Made by a program: the position numbers and the translations under genes
Source: Glaucostegus cemiculus
Lineage: Eukaryota
Reading direction: 5' to 3'
Length of the DNA: 64,000 nucleotides
NCBI GenBank assembly: GCA_976551045.1
Contig: CDPCPM010000026.1
Location: 7,502,001 to 7,566,000 of the forward strand
Notes under the pieces: generated by a model
What the model saw: the letters and a program-made list of their open reading frames with translations, nothing else
Database searches by the model: none
What the model was told of the DNA's origin: nothing
Shown: in pieces, positions 60,743 to 64,000 of the stretch
Layout of the letters: the number at the start of each line of letters is the position of its first letter
How positions within the stretch are numbered: position 1 is the stretch's first letter

Positions 60743-63700
60743 GTCAGTCCATTCATTTGATCCTGTGAGCTGTAAAAAAACAATTCTAATGCAAGGCAAT
60801 ATAATGTCTGAATGAGACATATTGAACAGATCATTTAACAGCAACAGATTGTCTCTTGAAATATTTATTGCTGATCAAGGAAAACAGTGAGTAAGGAAAG
60901 AAGAAAGTGGAAGGATGCAAAATGCCAAGAGGAGGGAAAATAATGGCATCGGAATGCAGTGCTAACAACATCATACATTTTGATTCAGTTTAAGATGCAA
61001 AGGAAGTAATTTTTTGAAGGCAAGTTGTTGGTATCTTCATTTGTAATAGCATTAGCCTGTTTTGAAATTTAAAATAATTCTACCTCCTCTTACAGTTGCT
61101 GTGCAATCTTGTAGATTTGCAGTGACATCTCTCAGTTTAATAGATCTGAGTGCAACATTGAGAGTTTGGATTAATAGTAACAGAATGATTGATGACTGTT
61201 GTTTTCCCACTCAGGTGTCAGTAAAATGTGATCCTTTTTCATTCAAATTCTGGTGTTCCTCATGTAGCCTGACTTTGTAGTCTTATTTTGAAAGAAGAGC
61301 AATATTAATGTTTATATCTTTCAAAGAAAGTGAGTTTAAAGTTGCTGAAAAGATTTTTATTTGTAAAGTGAGCAACTTCCTACTTCTACTGAAAATTGAG
61401 TTGATTATGGGTAGGGTTCTGTATTTGACAGTCAATAATGACCTGTACTAGCTGAAAGCTAAAAGGAAAATTCTATTGCAGGAATTGCTGCATTTCATAG
61501 CCAGCTTGGAATATCAATGAAAGGGTCTTGCTGAAATTGACCTCTAATGCGCTCTGTATACATTAATGGCTTATTGAGCTATCAGTTACAGAACATATCT
61601 CAGTACCTTACGATGCCTTTATTGAAAACATCTGATTGATTCATTTATCAAGGCTAAGCGCAGAAGGTCATCTGAACCATGCTTTTTCAATGATGTTATA
61701 TTCTCTTATATGATCTTGCATTTCCAGCATTAAGTAGTATAACCAGCTACTTTGGTCAATAACCATTCTTGATTGGCTTTCAATCCCTGTCCAGTCCTTA
61801 AGTAAAGCACGTCTAACATTTCATTATGTGTCCAGCTACATTAAGCTATTGCCTATGGGTGATTAACTGTCAGTCTACTTTACTATCTACAGAGTGTATA
61901 AAATGTCACCACTAATTTCAAGCAATGGCACAGGTACCTTTTTAAGTAGAAGAATCCATACAATATTTAATTTCAAATTCTGCATTAAAATATCTCAATT
62001 TATGACATTCTAAAATGAATAATTACTAACTTTATAGCAAAATAAATGTCTATAGCATGTCGCTATTACCTGCATTGCATTTTGACATGAAAAGGAGGTA
62101 AATGTCCCCAGTTATTGAGTCTCAATCTGCCTGTAACAAAATAGAAAATTACAAAGCTGAAATTTGCATTTGTTAATTCTTGCTGAGTTTGAAATTCATT
62201 CAAAGTGTACTCTTTAGAGCGGAAATGGGCATTGAAATACAGTATTTATATAATTAAGGTGACTGTACCTTCAGTAGACTAGTTTGTAAACTTAGGAAGG
62301 TAAGAGACCACAGGACAAAAATGGCAGATACTACGAGTAATTATAGGATTAAAGACTATGTTCTCCTGTTGACTGCAAGATAATGAAAATATATACTTCC
62401 AGGAATGCTTAAGGTGTAGAACCCAGTAGATCTTCTAATTACACAGTAACTCAGCTGATCTGCAATTATATGGTAATTTGCAATGCATACTGATTGGATA
62501 TTAAATGCAACTATGTGTTCACGTTAAGTGTTGTAATTGAAGTGGTGTGCCAATTATAGTATTATACCACCGGCATATCACACTTCAGTTATTTCTTAGA
62601 TGTTTTGATCAAAAAGAAATCCAACAGGTTTTCTAGACCATGCTTCACTATAGATCCTGTCTAGTTTTACTGCCTGTGATGTATAATTAAACACAGATTA
62701 CTTCATTTCATTTACAACATTTATGAGCTGCACTTTGTCAGAATGAAATGCTTGTCCCCTCCTTTCCTCACCAAAGTGGCGTAATTAGTGTTAGCATCTT
62801 CCTTAACAGTCTACATAAAGTTTAGTGCTTGTATTAAATCAAGTCATTAACATAATGTGCTGTACAATTTGCCCCTATCTCTTTTCGTTTCCACTACATC
62901 AAAGCTCTTTTGAGCAGCAGTGTAATTGGGCCGTGCCAGCTTGTCAAGTTCAGTCAAGCTGATGGCTGCTTTTCCTCTGAAAAGCTTCCAGGCATAATAA
63001 TTAATGGAGAAGAAAGTCAAGAAAATGTAAAAATTTGGACTGTTATCTATGAATATTTAATGTATTTGAATAATCAGAAGTTAAGATTATGAATTTGATC
63101 TGTAATACATTGATTAAAAGCTCTGTCCAGCACCCAGAAATAGATATAAAACAGACATATGAATTCTGTTGGCAGTACTTAAAAGCTGTCTAACCTTATG
63201 CCTGATCACCACATTTTCAAATTGAAATAATGAACAATGTATTAATGATTTTGTAATATTTAGTGAGAAAAACGTTTATTGGAAACACAGATTCCAAAAT
63301 TCATGAAGTATGCATTTTTAGAGAATACTGATGTGTGTTATTCCTCATTTACAATGTGTCAAACAACCTTCTGTTATAAGAACCACAATGATCATCCAAC
63401 ACATTATCAATTTTTTGTCAGTTTCAAACACATTTGTTATTTATGCCTAAGTAACATTATTGGTTTTGGTTTGCTCTCAAAAGGTAAAAGATTTGCTTGT
63501 AAATCATTGTCCCTCTCTCACTAAGGTAAACCTGAAAATTAACACTGGATTATTTTCAATAATGTTATTACCTACATAGCATCTATTAATCTATTAATTT
63601 TCTTTTCATATTATAACCAAAGATGTCAATTTGCAATATTTGATGCACTGACTATATTTGTTAGTCAACATGGGTTATCAAAATTCATACTTTGCAATCA

Positions 63701-64000
63701 CTGTTTTTCATGAAATAGGTTGAAAGCACCAACTTGCCATTAATTGATACAAACCTGCAAACTTCTTGCTAGATCTTGATCCAATCAAAGCTGACCTGTG
63801 TAGCCATGCAGCCACCAAATCAGTCTTGACATTTACCAGAGAGCTTCTTGCCTAAACTTGGGGACAACCTCATACAATGATGCTAATCAGAGTCGTCTTA
63901 CATCAATGCCATTTTAACCAGGACCTGAGGAAGGAAATTACCAAGGGTGTCCTTAAGCAAGTCCTCAACTAGTCTGTGATGAGAACCTCTTTTCAGAAGA

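Noticed and set aside
299-63524. Most 60-150 aa ORFs in the supplied track
   Set aside because: Low-complexity Leu/Phe/Ile/Cys-rich translations of AT-rich intron, antisense shadows of real exons, or alternative frames of TEs
1-64000. Prokaryote-style systems (CRISPR array, operon, retron, defence island)
   Set aside because: The window is a spliced vertebrate gene; there is no regularly spaced repeat-spacer array, and the RT sequences are ordinary LINE pieces
60743-64000. Next RPGRIP1L exon (RPGR-interacting domain, PSEKIRIEI-like)
   Set aside because: No matching peptide with splice sites found; ORF 62910..63092 (SSEKL) is not convincing, so the exon probably lies beyond the window
63970-64000. 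Box C-like GTGATGA suggesting an intronic snoRNA
   Set aside because: No D box or terminal stem is visible before the window ends; a 7-mer is expected by chance

Overview
Eukaryotic, AT-rich vertebrate DNA. The repeat families point to a cartilaginous fish, probably a ray/batoid (inference). The whole window lies inside one + strand gene, RPGRIP1L (ciliary transition-zone protein, fantom/MKS5/NPHP8). I read 16 consecutive GT-AG coding exons (4098-60742) that splice into one open frame of 2449 nt (about 816 codons). They cover the coiled-coil region, two C2 domains and the acidic linker, and match human exons 7-22 as I recall them; the gene's start and end lie outside the window. The introns hold CR1, L2-like, Rex1/Babar and Tx1 LINE pieces, V-domain SINEs, Penelope-like fragments and a fossil two-gene Harbinger transposon. 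Main leads: two frame-compatible candidate extra exons upstream of the first recognisable exon; an intronic Penelope-type minimal hammerhead ribozyme with an intact core; a PP1-docking motif (RRVSW) in a divergent exon; short locally templated duplications, one beside a splice acceptor; a candidate poison exon; SINE tail swapping; and candidate conserved enhancers. No prokaryotic-type system is present. Most entries in the ORF track are chance or TE-derived. Repeat family calls rest on motif recognition, not a database search, and repeat boundaries are approximate.
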